This document shows positions 12,825-26,059 of a DNA stretch of 46,384 nt, one piece after another (the first letter of the stretch is position 1; each line of letters starts with the position of its first letter). The notes beneath the pieces are model-generated. The model was not told the DNA's origin and did no database searches. It worked only from the letters and a program-made list of their open reading frames with translations. The stretch covers positions 1-46,384 of the forward strand of contig JAHBMJ010000512.1 of the NCBI GenBank assembly GCA_018398765.1. The letters run 5' to 3'. The DNA comes from Chromera velia. Its lineage: Eukaryota. The position numbers and the translations under genes were made by a program.

Positions 12825-14095
12825 CAGGTAGACAGAGATCGATCCATCGACAGAGAGAAGAGAATCAAAGTACGACCAGTCATTCAGTATTCTGTAAAGA
12901 AAAGGACGAGCCAGAGGGAAACAGGCTCTCTCCCATCCGACTGCATGATCGAATGGAAAAAGAAAGCATCGTTGGGTGTGCATGCCCCCCATGCGTGTGT
13001 TGCTAGTTTGTGTTTGGGTTCTTGTTTCCCTCTTTGCGTTCGTCTTCCCGGCTTGGTCACAATTTTTCGGCAACTCTCATTTCGACGTTTGAACAATTAA
13101 GGCATTCCATTCAAAGAGAGATTTGATTTCTTTCATGCACTCAGGGGGAGGATCTGGCAGGACAGCCAGGGAAGAAACCGTATTTTATCTTTATGCATGG
13201 AAGGAAGAGAGAAAGAAAGAACAGAGAAGCACCCTCTCCCTTCCTCTCTTTATTCATTTATTCACTCTCGTCCACCTTTCTTACTTTCTTCCTCCCTGCC
13301 TTCCTCCCTTCGTCCCTTCCTTCGTTCCTTCCCCCCCTCGCCCGCTCGTCGCAGATCAAGGCAAGAGGTGCCAATTGTGCAATGGACTGGATTGTCACAG
13401 AATCTTGGTCAGTCAGTCAGTCAGTCAGTGGTTGCACTTAGTACTTGATTCTTCCTTTCTTCCTTCCTTGCTTCCTTCATTTCTTTCTTTCTTTGTGTTT
13501 CTCAATCTGACATGCATGGCCCATTCCTTGCTTCTTGCACTTTGCAAGAAGAAACCCTCACATGCATGTTGACAGACAGTGGTGTGCCTTCCTGTGCCTA
13601 GCTGCCTCTCTCCGCGACTTCCCCTAGCGCTCATTGTTTTGGGATTTCCAACCCCTCCCCCCCTCTCTCTCTTTCGGTCTGTCTGGGAGCGAAAGTCCTG
13701 CTGTATTCGAAATTGCAAGTAGAAAGCAGAGCTTGCCTGAAGCTAGAGGCCTATCAGTGCATTAAGGGCCAACACCTAACGTGCTGCATGTCGCACGACT
13801 ACGATGGGGGGGGAACGAATGTTCGCGTGAAGGGAAGGAAGGAAAAGCTACATGCAGTCTGTCCATCTGGCCGACTGACTGACTTACTGAGTGAGTGACT
13901 GGATGTCAGTGAGTCAGAATATCTGTGTGTCTGCCTCTCACTCGATGACCAAATGGATCGAGTTTTGTATGCAGGCGACGCTGGAAGGAACAGATGGCAG
14001 TGACTGACGACCTCACAGCCTTGTCATTGCAGTTCGCCTCAAATTCTGCCAAAAGGAGCGCCAATGTGGTCAAAGCAGCACATTTGCTCCAATGA
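3638..14095 (+). CDS. PPM/PP2C-family Ser/Thr protein phosphatase with a long N-terminal extension. 14 exons: 3638-3772, 3847-4206, 4902-4958, 5430-5549, 5903-6104, 7166-7625, 8545-8695, 9150-9237, 9959-10167, 11550-11619, 12077-12192, 12651-12752, 13355-13407, 13975-14095.
   Basis: All joins are GT..AG and phase-consistent. PP2C motifs occur in order: NQDNFF, GVLDGHG, SGSTAVV, AHVGDSKAVL, TTDH...EARRIEASGG, GLAMTRALGD, LGSDGIWDV, TDDLTAL. The catalytic exons (7166 onward) are very well supported; exon 1 and the start codon are tentative. Confidence 0.92.
6495..6972. repeat. 34-bp minisatellite (GAGAGAGGAAAAGGCAGGCCCCAAG[A/T]GGA[T/G]GATC), ~14 copies, in PP2C intron 5
   Basis: Direct tandem repeats with a 34-nt period (e.g. 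6525, 6559) and only a few variant positions. Confidence 0.95.
7759..7941. other. Assembly gap (N run) flanked by poly-C; a second 5-N gap lies at 25100-25104
   Basis: Runs of n in the sequence. Confidence 1.
8124..8435. repeat. (CTTT)n-type pyrimidine microsatellite in PP2C intron 6
   Basis: Direct reading. Confidence 0.95.
9407..9513. mobile_element. Tiny hairpin element (9427-9493) with 16-bp TIRs, flanked by a 20-bp direct duplication (9407-9426 / 9494-9513)
   Basis: GTATGGATTCATTTTC...GAAAATGAATCCATAC are perfect inverted ends. The flanks are TCCCTCAAGGATCTGTACCT and TCCCTCCAGGACCTGTACCT. It is homologous, in reverse orientation, to the inserts at 23801 onward. Confidence 0.85.
10260..11295. 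repeat. ~1-kb compound (GAAT)n/(GAAC)/(GCAT) microsatellite in PP2C intron 9
   Basis: Direct reading. It explains the spurious SFIH-repeat ORFs. Confidence 0.97.
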
Positions 14096-14298
14096 CTTGG
14101 TAATGAGGCCAAAAAAGAGGATACGCCGAGAGATGTGTATTGCATTGGCAGCATTGCAAGCTTCAGGCACTTTGAATATTTTTTGCTGAGATGGTCCGTA
14201 GTATTTTTGCTTCATGTAACTAGTCATGTAATCATGTCACAAATCAACTATGAATGATTAAACATGTCTGAGTTAACACTGCAAGCTAAAGCTTTTGA

Positions 14299-15024
14299 TA
14301 AGTTAATTATTTATAATAGGTTTAATAGGTATTGTTCTGTTCTACTCTTAGCTTGTTTGGCCTTGAATAGGGCGCCCCTAAGGGCGGAAGAGTAAGATAT
14401 ACCTAGAAGCCGGAGTTTGGAAACGGGATCAGAGTCTTGAACGTACAGGTCTGGGTCTTTCAGTTCAGTAACTGCTGTTATAATATTTAGTTTTATAGGA
14501 GGTGAGGACTTAAGGAAGGCGGAACCTTAACCTTACCCCGGGCTACGAATGAAAGACAAAACTTTATAATTTTGGATTTTCATGCAATTTTCATGTTTTC
14601 ATGAACCAGAATTGTGGTGCTAGGATGCAGCATTTCATTTCCATTCGATTTTTGATTGTAAGTTAATTATTTAATAGGTGAAATACATGTTGTTCTGTTC
14701 TACTCTAGGTTCTACTCTTGGCTCGTTTGATGTCAAATAGGGCGGAAGAGTAAGGGTATACCTAGAAGCTGAAGTTTGGAAACGGACCCAGATCAGAGTC
14801 TTGAATGTACAGGTCTGGGTCTTTGAATTCAGTAACTGCTGTCATAATACTCGGATCTGTAAGAATTGATGGACTTAAAGAGGGTGGAATCTTAATCTCA
14901 CCCGAGGCTACGAATGAAAGACGGAACTTTGATTTTAGATTTTTATACAATTTTGATATTTTCGATCACGATGCAGAATTATGGTGCTAGAATGCGGCAT
15001 TTCACTTCAATTCGATTTTTAATT
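14299..15024 (-). mobile_element. Two diverged ~360-bp tandem copies (14299-14658, 14659-15024), probably decayed LINE reverse-transcriptase fragments
   Basis: The copies align by eye. Minus-strand translation keeps amino-acid similarity (VKVPPSLSP/IKIPPSLSP; TAVTELKDPDLYVQDSD/TAVTEFKDPDLYIQDSD). It includes ENMKIA*KSKIIKFCLS...LRLLGISYSSAL, resembling the late RT region (KSRFIKFCRS...YLGLLL) of the LINE at ~30700-30850. Confidence 0.45.
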
Positions 15025-15426
15025 ACATACATGCATACGCAGCGATTCTTTGGTTTCATCGATTAATTGCCACTATTAAGGTCTACTTAGAGAGGTTGGC
15101 GCTGGTGAGTGCTTGCAGAGGTTTAAGGGTCTCCAGGGCTTAATGTCGCTAGTGTGGTTCAGATTGATCCCTATTGACAAACTCTAGGCCGTATACTAGA
15201 TAAAAAAAGAAAAAAAAACTAAGAAAACCTTTTTTTTAAGCTTTTTTTTTATTATTTATCACCCCCCGAAGTTTGGTCTGAACATGTTTGAACTAGACAA
15301 ACAACGGTTGTTCAAGTATTGTATGAATGTTACAAGGAGACTATGAGGGAGCTAGTATAATTATATAAAAAATAACTGTTGTTTAGTGGATAAATAAAAA
15401 AAAATAAAAAACTATAGCAAAACTTA

Positions 15427-15554
15427 CACTGGAACTATAGTGTGACACAATTCAAATTGTGACACAATACCCTATACACTAGTACTAGTAACACAAATCA
15501 TTGTGACACAAAAAATTCCAGAAATTTTTATTGTGACACACTATAGTTCTAGTG
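15427..15554. mobile_element. 128-bp CACTA-like MITE with ~25-bp TIRs and internal TGTGACACA repeats, flanked by TA
   Basis: Left end CACTGGAACTATAGTGTGACACAAT. The reverse complement of the right end is CACTAGAACTATAGTGTGTCACAAT. Four TGTGACACA motifs; TA on both sides. Confidence 0.75.
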
Positions 15555-15812
15555 TAGCAAAATTTTTTTTTCATTCTTTTTTTATTTAGCTAGTGCAGAG
15601 CCTAGGACAAACTCGATTCGTGTCAGAAGTATGGAGGTTTTTTGTGATTCAACAATCGTTAATTTTGATTTTATTATAGTCTTTCAAAAAGTTTTTCGGA
15701 AGTCTTTCACTTGGTTTTGATTGAATTAATTACAACACGCCAATATATGCCTAGATATGTGTATGATACAGGACGTCAGTGTGACAGTACCCTGTGTTTT
15801 TTTTCTTTAAAA

Positions 15813-16875
<1,063 letters not shown>

Positions 16876-17692
16876 AAGCGACAGTGCTGCGACACGTACA
16901 ATTCTCTTTCGCTTGGCATTATTTTGAACTAAGTCAATTTATTTAATTCTCATTTTCTTTCTAGTCATGCTTCAGTAGCGCATAACACTAAGCATAACAT
17001 TCGTCCCTTTCTGAGATAAGATTCCACACTCGATTCATGCATGATCTAATCGCATAGCATTCGCTCCTTTCTAGACAATACTATATAGAGTTTAATAGAA
17101 TCAATACAGCCGCTTAAAACAAATAAAAAAACAAAAAAGAAAATTATAATTCAGTTAAGATTTCTGATGCTTCACTGGTTTTTAAGGCTTTATTTTTTTT
17201 TTTGAAACTTCAAGGACTGTTTCAGATAGTGTGTTCTTGTGGCCATCACTTTTTTTTTTCATTGCGGCCACGTGCATACAATAATACATACTCATGGACA
17301 CTCTCGTATATTTGTTTTGCGCATGCTTGCACCATATATAATTCATGCACTGACATGCAGACCTAGATGCAGACCTCATGAACTCATCAAACGGATCGAT
17401 CAAATTAAATCACGAGAAAAGTCGCGAGTTAAATCCAATCCGCGATCCATGCACCGCAAGAGCATTTCAGCACATCATCGCAACACATGCACCATCGCAG
17501 CACCTCAGCAGCGTGCGCGGTCCAGAGGCGGCGGCCGGGGTCTGCAAAATACTCGAAATCGATCGCGAGAGAAAAAAAAATTCACTGTCTGGCGCGCCCG
17601 ATTCTCTTCATCGCGACCTTCACCTTGGTTACCGCCCAGGTTCGAGAGTCCACGGGGTACCTGATACACCTGTAAGCAGGGTTCTTCCTCCT

Positions 17693-20600
17693 CTAGGCTC
17701 TGCCTTCGATGGACTCTATGAGTCTTTCTCTTCCCTTAACTACTCTCTTTGTCTTCTTGTAGGCCGCCGTTTCCTCCTGCTTGAGGTTTTCTTGCTTGAT
17801 GATATGCAGCAGCACGTCAGGGTTGATTTCAGGCTGCTGGAAGACTGGATGAAGAGACTGTGGGGTGAAGGGGTTGTATCGGTCAGTCTCCTCTTTTTCG
17901 GTCTCGCTGTTTGTTGTTGTGGTTGGTGTGGTGACCTCCGAGAGGTTCTCTCTCCATGCTGCGGCTCCCTCCTCAGTCAGGGTATCAGTGTTCATAGCGG
18001 CCTGGATGTGAGCAGTGGCTTGGGAGCTAGAAGAGCAAGTACTCGGGGAAGTGATCGTGGATGGTTCTGAGGGCGTCAGTGCCTGTGTGGGTGGCCACTA
18101 ACCTGTTTAACTGCCCCCCCCACGTCCAACTGAGGAAACGAAAAGTTTTTAGAGGAGGCGCCAGCCTGAGAGTCGAGTTTATCACTGACGTCTTCCAACT
18201 GCCGGCTGGGCCAGCCCCTTTCTTGCACACAGGAGCGAATTAATAAGGGCATTGTAAGTGAAGCAGCAACACGGCTGGCTTATGTTCTGAGGCAAAGAAG
18301 TACGGAAACGAAGGTAGAAGGGAGAAAAGTGAAACAAAGGAGCAAAATCAAAGAAATGCAGACAACTGCATGGGAAACTATCAGTATGCATGATGGTGAC
18401 TGCACGCAGTTAATCGATCAGTCCAATCATTGAAAGGAAGAAAAAAAGCAGGATAAGCCTCCCCCTCGACTCTGTTGCTTCTCCACATGGACCCTGCAGA
18501 TGAAAAGAAGACCCTACATGCATTCTTCTTCCTTCTCCCGGACCGATCGATCTGCATGCTTTCATTTCAGTTTGTCTGCCTCTCTGCTCGATCGATCGAT
18601 CGAGCGATCAAACCAAGTGAGACAGCCTCCTCCCGCCCGCTTAATTTGCCTGTCATCCGACACCAAGAAATACGAAGAATATTTTCGCACTCCTGGCTGT
18701 TCCCACATGCACAGGCACTCAGAAGAGTGTACAGGAAGCTGTAAGTGAATAGAAAGAAATCCCAGAAGAGTTAGTACGCCGGGTCAGTGAGTGCCCCCGC
18801 TCCGCACATCTTTCAGAGAGGCAAACAATCAAAGATACCACCATGTAAGTATTACAGACACCTGGTCCAGCACGTGATTGCCTCATGCTCTCAGCTGTCG
18901 GGGGCTGCTTTGATAACCTTCTGCTGAGAAGAGGAGGGAGACGACTTCGCTTTGGCCTTCGCCTTCCTGCACAAAAAAAAATTAGACCAGACAGACAAGG
19001 GAAGGAGCAAGGAGGGAAGCAGGGGGCGACTTCTATTAAAACCTACAGATTTGTTATTCATTCAATATGTCATGCCAGTTGTGCTCGATTGCAAACAAAA
19101 GAAGAGAAAGAGAAAAACCAGGCAAGAAAGAAAGAAAGAAAGAAAGAAAAAAAGAAGAGAAGGGATAATGGAACTCAAACCAAAAAGATAAAAAGAAAGA
19201 AAGAAAGAAAGACAGACAGACAGACAGACAGACAGACACACAGATACACAGACAGACTATACGTCACAGAGAGACTATATCGCCCTTTCTTCACCTACAT
19301 ACATACGTACATACATACATACATGCATACATACATACATACATACATATATACAGAAAGAAAGTCTTAGAAAGAAAGAAAGAAAATATATACAGAAAGA
19401 AAGAAAGAAAGAAAAAAAGAAAGAACAACGACAAAACAGTCATATAGAAAGACAGACGGAAAGCAAGGGGATGAAGAAGGCGGTACTCTCACTCGACTCA
19501 GTTGCTTTTCTTTTGCAGTTTCTCTTTTTATACAGATATTACAGAAAGCTGATGCTTGTGCGCCATGTGCTGACCCTTTTCCACCTTTCTTCACACGTTG
19601 TCTTGAAGTTTCAGATGAGAGGGCCTGTGAAGAGACTTTTTGAAGAGTTGAGGTCAGGACTACAGCGGGGGTTTCTGTAGAGATTCTTCCTCTGGTGGGC
19701 TGCGTGGGGGGGGTCATTCCTGTGTTCAAGATGAAGTGCGGCTGATGTGCATCGCGAGGCAGCCCTCTGCTTTGATTAGTAGCATAGGATGTTCCTGGGA
19801 AGACTGAGCCCCTCTCGATTGACTGGAGTCCAGAGATAGCTGCGTGGTGCTGCTGCACCGTTGCCTGCACAGGGTAGGGGGAGGGGAGGGTCCCCAAAGG
19901 TGCGGCTGTTCTTGGGCTGCGTGGAGCAGTCATGCGCAGAATTGGGTTGTGAGTAGAGAATACAGCTGAGGGAGGTTTGGCCGCTGCTATTTTGGGAAGA
20001 GAGGGGGACATGTGCTGGGGAAGCTGCGAAAGGAACCCCGTATCGGACTGCAGGATAGACGGTTGGAAGGTGTTGTTGTGAAAATACGTGGAAGTATGGT
20101 GGAGGGGGGAAGTGCTTGGCGTCACGTGATGTTGGTTCGTCTGTAAAGCGGCAGAGGTGCCTCATGGCAGGGTGTAAGCTGAGTGAGGAGCTCCTGTCGA
20201 AGATTTTTGCTGCAGTTGTAGGTAGAGAACAGAAACAGTACATCCGTATGCATGCTTCGATATACCATGCAACACATTTGTTATCATGCAGACCGAACAT
20301 GTGTATATATGCATATATGGTTATATGGACATCAAACGGAGCGTGCAAAAGGCTGACCATCGAATTTGGTTGTCTCCACATACTGCCTACATCCAAATGG
20401 CACCGGGGTCTCGACAAGTAACTGCTAACAGCGGGAAAACAATGAAATTGACTTCAGCTCTGTGTGTTGCCAGCGTTGCAGAGCAGTGCAACACAACCTG
20501 AGTGCAGTGACGAGTGCTTCATTTGTTCTCCACCGAGGACCATGCCGATTTTGTTCTTCACTTTCATATCACCATAATGTACAAAAAACCTGAATATATA
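17693..20600 (-). CDS. Putative multi-exon gene of unknown function. Large S/T/P/Q-rich exon ~20142-19493; probable terminal exons ~18221-18103 and ~18026-17693.
   Basis: Long non-repetitive open frame (within ORF 19367-20125) bounded by CAG and GT sites, plus further AG/GT-bounded segments. A phase-consistent last join gives ...GGQLNSSQATAHIQAAMNTDTL...EGRA*. Middle exons and start are unresolved. Confidence 0.45.
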
Positions 20601-20639
20601 GACGTCCAGTGAGGATTCACTGAGGAAGACCTGGTCTCT

Positions 20640-21088
20640 CAACCATGCATGCAGCTAATCTCTACCCTGCATGCATGATCGGTCGCGAACCTGCATGCAT
20701 GAAGCTCGGATAATTTGTCACACTTGCCTTCGCGCGCGCGAATGCGCGCGAACAAACATATTAATAGTTGCATGTAACAGCATATGCATGCAGTTGAACT
20801 TAATTGATGAGGCCGGCCGGGTTAATTAACAGGTAAATACATATACGTACGTAAACAAGGCTTTTCGATCGAGGACTTCATGATATATGTTAGTGATCAG
20901 CACGCACGCACACGCTTGCGCAGTGAACGGCGCCAAAACAGACCGATCTTTGATTGAATCCGTCGAGAAATCTCCGATGAGCGGATGAGCCAATTCTTCG
21001 ATCTATCAGAAGTCAAGACGGAACCCCACCCAAGCTCTGCAGCTATATATTCTTGACTCTTGCTTCAACTTCCATTTCCAACGGGAAA
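20640..21088. promoter_or_regulatory. Probable bidirectional promoter region with clustered TGCATGCA motifs
   Basis: It lies between a minus-strand gene and the plus-strand gene at 21089, with four TGCATGCA octamers in 20645-20792. A similar cluster lies at 3494-3535, upstream of PP2C. TGCATGCA is a known ApiAP2-bound motif in Apicomplexa, but it is also common in introns here. Confidence 0.35.
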
Positions 21089-24000
21089 ATGCAGCCCAAC
21101 GGCAGCCCTGAGAGTGGCCTCTTTGATAGAGAGCCAAGCCAGAATCAGACGCCGATGGAGTCTCTGTACAGGGGATACACCCGCTTGCCCTTGCCAGGCT
21201 CGACCGTCTACGTTCCTGCAAAGTACCCTGAGAGCGTTTTTGGTCGGTCGGTCGGTCGGTTGGGTAGCTGGGGGACTCATATCTGCTTTCAGCCTCTTTC
21301 GGCTTTCTTCTGCTCTCATATATAATTGGCCGTCTGTGTTTCTTTCTGAATACTGGATTATTTTTCCCCACAAGGTTTTCTTTGCTTTTCTATCCCACTT
21401 TGATCACCTGCACGTGTCTGTCCCTGTCTCAGTGCCCAACGATTTGAAAGAGAAGCTAAGGCTCGTGGAATTGTCAGTGTGCCTGCCTATCTTCACTGAT
21501 AGCTCGCTCAGTGAAGACGACACCGCAGTCTTCTTTGCGTGAATCTTCTTCCTATGCATGCGGCGGGTGCGTGAGTGAGTACATGTAAAAAGAAGGTAGC
21601 ATTTCAGCACAAATAACAGAAAATCTCAAAGGCCAAGCGAGTAATAATAAAACGAACGCCATACCATCCGATGGCTGGTTGTGGTCAACTCAAGAGTCGA
21701 CAAAAAAGAATGCCGTGTATTCATTGCATGCATACACAATTACATACATACATACATACATACATACGTATATACATACACACATACATGCATACGTACA
21801 GGGTCGACCTACCGCACCGTCAACAAACAGTGTGCGGAAATTTCGATCGACAATCGGAGACAGAGAGACAATTTCCTCACTCGAGTCAGTCAGTCTATGT
21901 GTTTACTTTCATACAGAAAAAAAAAAAATAAAACGACAATCGGAGACAGAGAGACAATTTCCTCACTCGAGTCAGTCAGTCAGTCAGTCAGCAGGAGAGA
22001 ATGAAGACGCTGTTGGCAGATGCTGATCGAAGTGTATGTATGCATATGCATACACACAGAAAGAGAAATGAAAGAAAAGAATTCGACTTACAAAGGAAAG
22101 CATCTTGAAAACTAAGGAAAGAAAAAATGAAAACAAGATTCTAAAACGTCCCTTGCGTGGCCCTCCATCTGTCTCCTTCTTCTTCATTTTCTTTTTCTTC
22201 TTCCCATTATTCCTATGTTTCTTCTTCTTCCTCTTCTGTTTCCCTCTTTCTCTCTCTCTCTCTCTGCGCGCGCGCGCGCGTGTGTGTGTGTGTGAGAGAG
22301 AGAGAGCAAGAGCAGTCATGTGTGTGCGCATTCAAGCTTTCTGCCCCTTCTACCGCTTCCGATGCGTTCAATGAATCTCCTCCCTTGATTCGATGCATTC
22401 AGACGGGCCAGCTGACGGGCCTCCCGGACAAGGGCTACCTGCCTCCAGAGGGACCGGCCACATCCTCCACCACGGCTGCCCACATGGGCGGGAGGCTGAA
22501 CGTGGCTCTGGGGTACAGTACCAACGGGCTCGTGGACGGCCCCGCAACAAGAGAGGAGCCCAAGCCAACCGTGATGGCAGCAACGAGAAGTCAGTCAGTC
22601 ACTCAGTCAGGGAGGGAGTGAGTGGAGGAGAGGAGCAACGTGGAAGGAAGGCTTGAGAAAAGTGAGAGAGAGAATTCTGCGGAAAAGTCCCTCCCTGCTG
22701 AAGTGCTTCAAGAGTCTTACTCTCTCTCTCCTTTCCTTTCGTTTCTTTCTCTTTTCCGAATTCTCCCCCCTTTTCCTCTCTCTCTCTGTCTGCCTCAATG
22801 CATGCAGAGCGCTATCCCTCCTCTGGGGCCCTTGGTGGCTCCGGCACTGTCGGTGGCTTCACGGGAGGAGGGGGGGGGACAGGGGGCCTCCAGGAAAGGA
22901 CATCATCTCATCATCGGGGTTTCTCTGGGGGGTCTGTGGGAGGGGGGGGGGCGGAATTGGTTCCGGGACTGCATATGGATGGGCTTGTGGGGGGAACCGT
23001 CACGGGGGGCAGTGGGACTGGAGTTGGAGGTGGAGGTGGGGGGGTTCTCGGGGGGACTGGCACTGGTTGCACTGCTGGCACGGGGAAGACTGAGACAACC
23101 ACGAAGAGATTTCCCAAAAAAAGCGCCAAGTTCTTCACGGAGTCTGTCATCGGGAAAATGCAAATGAAAGGTCACTGAAGGACAGCCTGACTGACTGACT
23201 GGCTTAACTTGCTTAGCTTGTTGGAGGCAGAAGGACATGGGATTTGATGAAGGCGAGAGGAGAAAAGGGAGGAGGAAGAAAAACGATGTGGGAAGGAGAC
23301 AACCTGGTACCAAAAAGGAAGAGAATGCACGAGAGTGTAAATGACCGGCCAGGGGGGTCGAGTAGTGCTCATCACCCAGATTTGCCGATTGCCAGACAGT
23401 CAAAATCGACATCTCGCACGCTCTCTCTCTCTCTCACTTTCTTTCTATTTTGCGCCCTTTCGTTCTTTCGTTCGTCCATTCATTCTTTGTTTCTTTGCTT
23501 CTTTCTTTCTTTGCTTCTTGCTTTCTTCGTTCGTTCGTGTTTTCGTTCATTAGTTCGTTCTTCCCCGTCTCTTGTTTTGCATACGAATTCCCATGTATTG
23601 CTTAACTTCTGTCTCTCCTTAAGACATTCAAAGCTTTCGATCCCGACGGAGAAATTCGTCACATTGTTGTTGGCATCTTTTGTATTCGCACCGCCCTGTC
23701 CCTGCAGGTGCACAGGCAGAGTGCGAGTCTGCCCTGACTACGAAAGGGATGACCACAATCACAGACGTGTACAGAGTGCCTGCAGTGCCTGGTGGGTAGG
23801 GTATGGATTCTTTTTTTTACGGAACTCTTTTTCCATACAGAAAATGAATCCATACAGACGTTTACAGAGTGCCTGCAGTGCCTGGTGGGTAGGGTATGGA
23901 TTCTTTTTTTTACAGAACTCTTTTTCCATACAGAAAATGAATCCATACAGACGTTTACAGAGTGCCTGCAGTGCCTGGTTGGTAGGGTATGGATTCTTTT

Positions 24001-26059
24001 TTTTACAGAACTCTTTTTCCATACAGAAAATGAATCCATACAGACGTTTACAGAGTGCCTGCAGTGCCTGCTGGGTAGGGAGGGAGCTATGCCAAATAGC
24101 TCGAGAGAGGAAAAGACATCGGCTCCTTTCCTGTACGTTTCTGTCTCCGTCTTCCTTCTCCTTCGATCGATCCGCATGTCTAGCTGACGTACTCTTTGTC
24201 TGTCTTGGAGAATATTTGCCCTTGCAAATACACTCGTGAATCAAAAAGTCTCTCCCTCAAGAATACTCTCTCTCAATCGGAGTCGATCCTTTTTTTTTTT
24301 TTTTGCCTTTCTGCAGGTTACGCAGGGTATGTACCTGGCAAGTTGCCTGAAAACGTAGTTGGTTAGTCCTCCTGTTTTTGTTTTTTGCTTCCTTCCTTCC
24401 TTCCCTCCTTCCTTCCTTCCTTCCTTCCTTCCTTCCCTTCATCCTTCTTTCCTGGCTGGCTTCCTTCCTTCCTCTTTCCTTATTTTTCTGTTTCTCAATT
24501 TACCAGTCTGACGTCTGTCTAAGTTTTCTCTCCGGCCTTTGTTCCTTTCCATTTCGCTTCCCCTTCCTACCGCTCGACTAACCTTCTACTTTCCCGAGTA
24601 CCAAGTGCATTGGCAACAAGAAACCCCGCAAGCGGGACAAACAAATGTATGAAATTTTCATTCGAATAAGCAACGCAAGTAATCGATTGACTGCCCATCA
24701 ATTCCTGCCTGCCAAATTGGCTCCTTCCTCCCTTTCTGCCTTTCTTCCTTCTTTCAGGCGCTGCATTTCGACGGGCAAACGAGCAGGCCCACGAGCAGCT
24801 GAGGAGGAATAGGGACGCACAGACACGACTGCCGAACTCGGGGGGGAAGTTTGAGACCCAAAGGGTGACAGGAACGAAGTACAATTTGACGACACTCAGA
24901 GGGACCTCAATGAATGCATCGTCGGGTTCGTGCGCATTCTGTTTTTTCTTCGTTTTCTTTTCTCTGCTCTCTACTCTCTTTTCTGCTCTCCTCTTCTCTT
25001 TCAGTTTTTCTCTCTTTTGTCTTCTCTCTTTTCTGAGTGCCTGCTCAATCGTCTGTCCCTGCCTGCTTCCGTGCGTGTGTGTGTGTTTGGGGGGGGGGGN
25101 NNNNGGGGGTGGGGGGGGTGTCCTCGTCTGTGTCTGAATGTCCGTTCGTGTCTGTGAATGTGCTCGAGCGCCTCGGCCTGTGTATGCATCCTTCCATTCA
25201 ATGAGAGCACACGGTTGACGAAATCAATCTTCTCAGAAGAGTCGGAAACAATTAAACGAAATGGAAACAAACGAGAAGTCGATCGTCGCTTTTTTTTCCT
25301 TCTTTCTCTCGACGTTCTGAATGATTCCCTCCTTCCTTCTTTCCTTCCTTCCTTCTTTGCAGATGGGGTGGTTGGACAGGTCCACGACTACGCACGCCGG
25401 AACATTCCTGGCTACTGTGGCTTCATGCCCTCAAAGAAGGCAGAGACGGTTTTCGGTCAGTCACAGAGAGAGGGAGAATTAAGTGGAACGGCTGCTTTGC
25501 GTATCCTGTCAATGAATGTTTGAATTGATCCTTTTGCCATGCCGCGGAAATTGTTCAAGAAGCTGGAGGATTCGGCCTTGAGGGTGCAACTGAAAAAGCG
25601 AGAGACCAAGGTTTTCTTTAGAAGAACGAGTCGAGTCGCACTGTGTGAATTGAAAAGCAAAGATCCCTTGATGACGTGCGAAAGAGTCCTTTTGCTTTCT
25701 CTAATAAAATTCGCGCAGGCGCGCCGTATACAAGCGAACAGGAAAATACCATAAAGGACAAAGAAATGCATACGCTTGTTTCAAAGCCTACAGCAAAGCT
25801 TCATTTTCTGAGCGGATTTTCTAGTTCTTGTAAGTCCATCGCGACAGAGAGCGGACGGTCGAGTGACACTCCTGCGAGCTTGCCTGTGAGCCACTTCAGT
25901 CTCGAAATCCTTCATTCCACACATGCGCCTTTCCCGTTACCTGTAGGTGCTGGTCATGCAAAGGCAAACCGCGTCTGCGCGAATGCCCACGAGAATAATG
26001 TGATCCGATTTTCAGAATCGGGCACCCGACTTGTCACTGGAGGATTCCGGAGGAACTAG
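21089..26059 (+). CDS. FAM166/CIMIP2-like (DUF2475, PYG-repeat) ciliary/flagellar microtubule inner protein. 9 exons: 21089-21242, 21802-21884, 22403-22589, 22808-23170, 23708-23791, 24317-24361, 24758-24925, 25363-25455, 25947-26059.
   Basis: Phase-consistent GT..AG joins give three repeats: LPGSTVYVPAKYPESVFGSTYRTVN, VPGYAGYVPGKLPENVVGAAFRRAN and IPGYCGFMPSKKAETVFGAGHAKAN. These match the PGYxGxxP...GxxF motif of FAM166-type MIPs. A Gly-rich linker lies between repeats 1 and 2. Confidence 0.82.
21848..21981. mobile_element. Short insert (21896-21933) related to the hairpin-element family, ending in an A-run, flanked by a 48-bp perfect duplication of an exon end plus donor
   Basis: CGACAATCGG...CTCGAGTCAGTCAGTC occurs at 21848-21895 and 21934-21981. 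The insert TATGTGTTTACTTTCATACAGAAAA... resembles the family left end GTATGGATTCATTTTCATACAGAA. Confidence 0.65.
23761..24079. repeat. 93-bp tandem repeat (3 full units plus 40 bp). Each unit is an exon 3' end and donor (40 bp) plus a hairpin element (53 bp).
   Basis: Units start at 23761, 23854, 23947 and 24040. The element reads GTATGGATTC...GAATCCATAC, with inverted ends. Confidence 0.95.
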
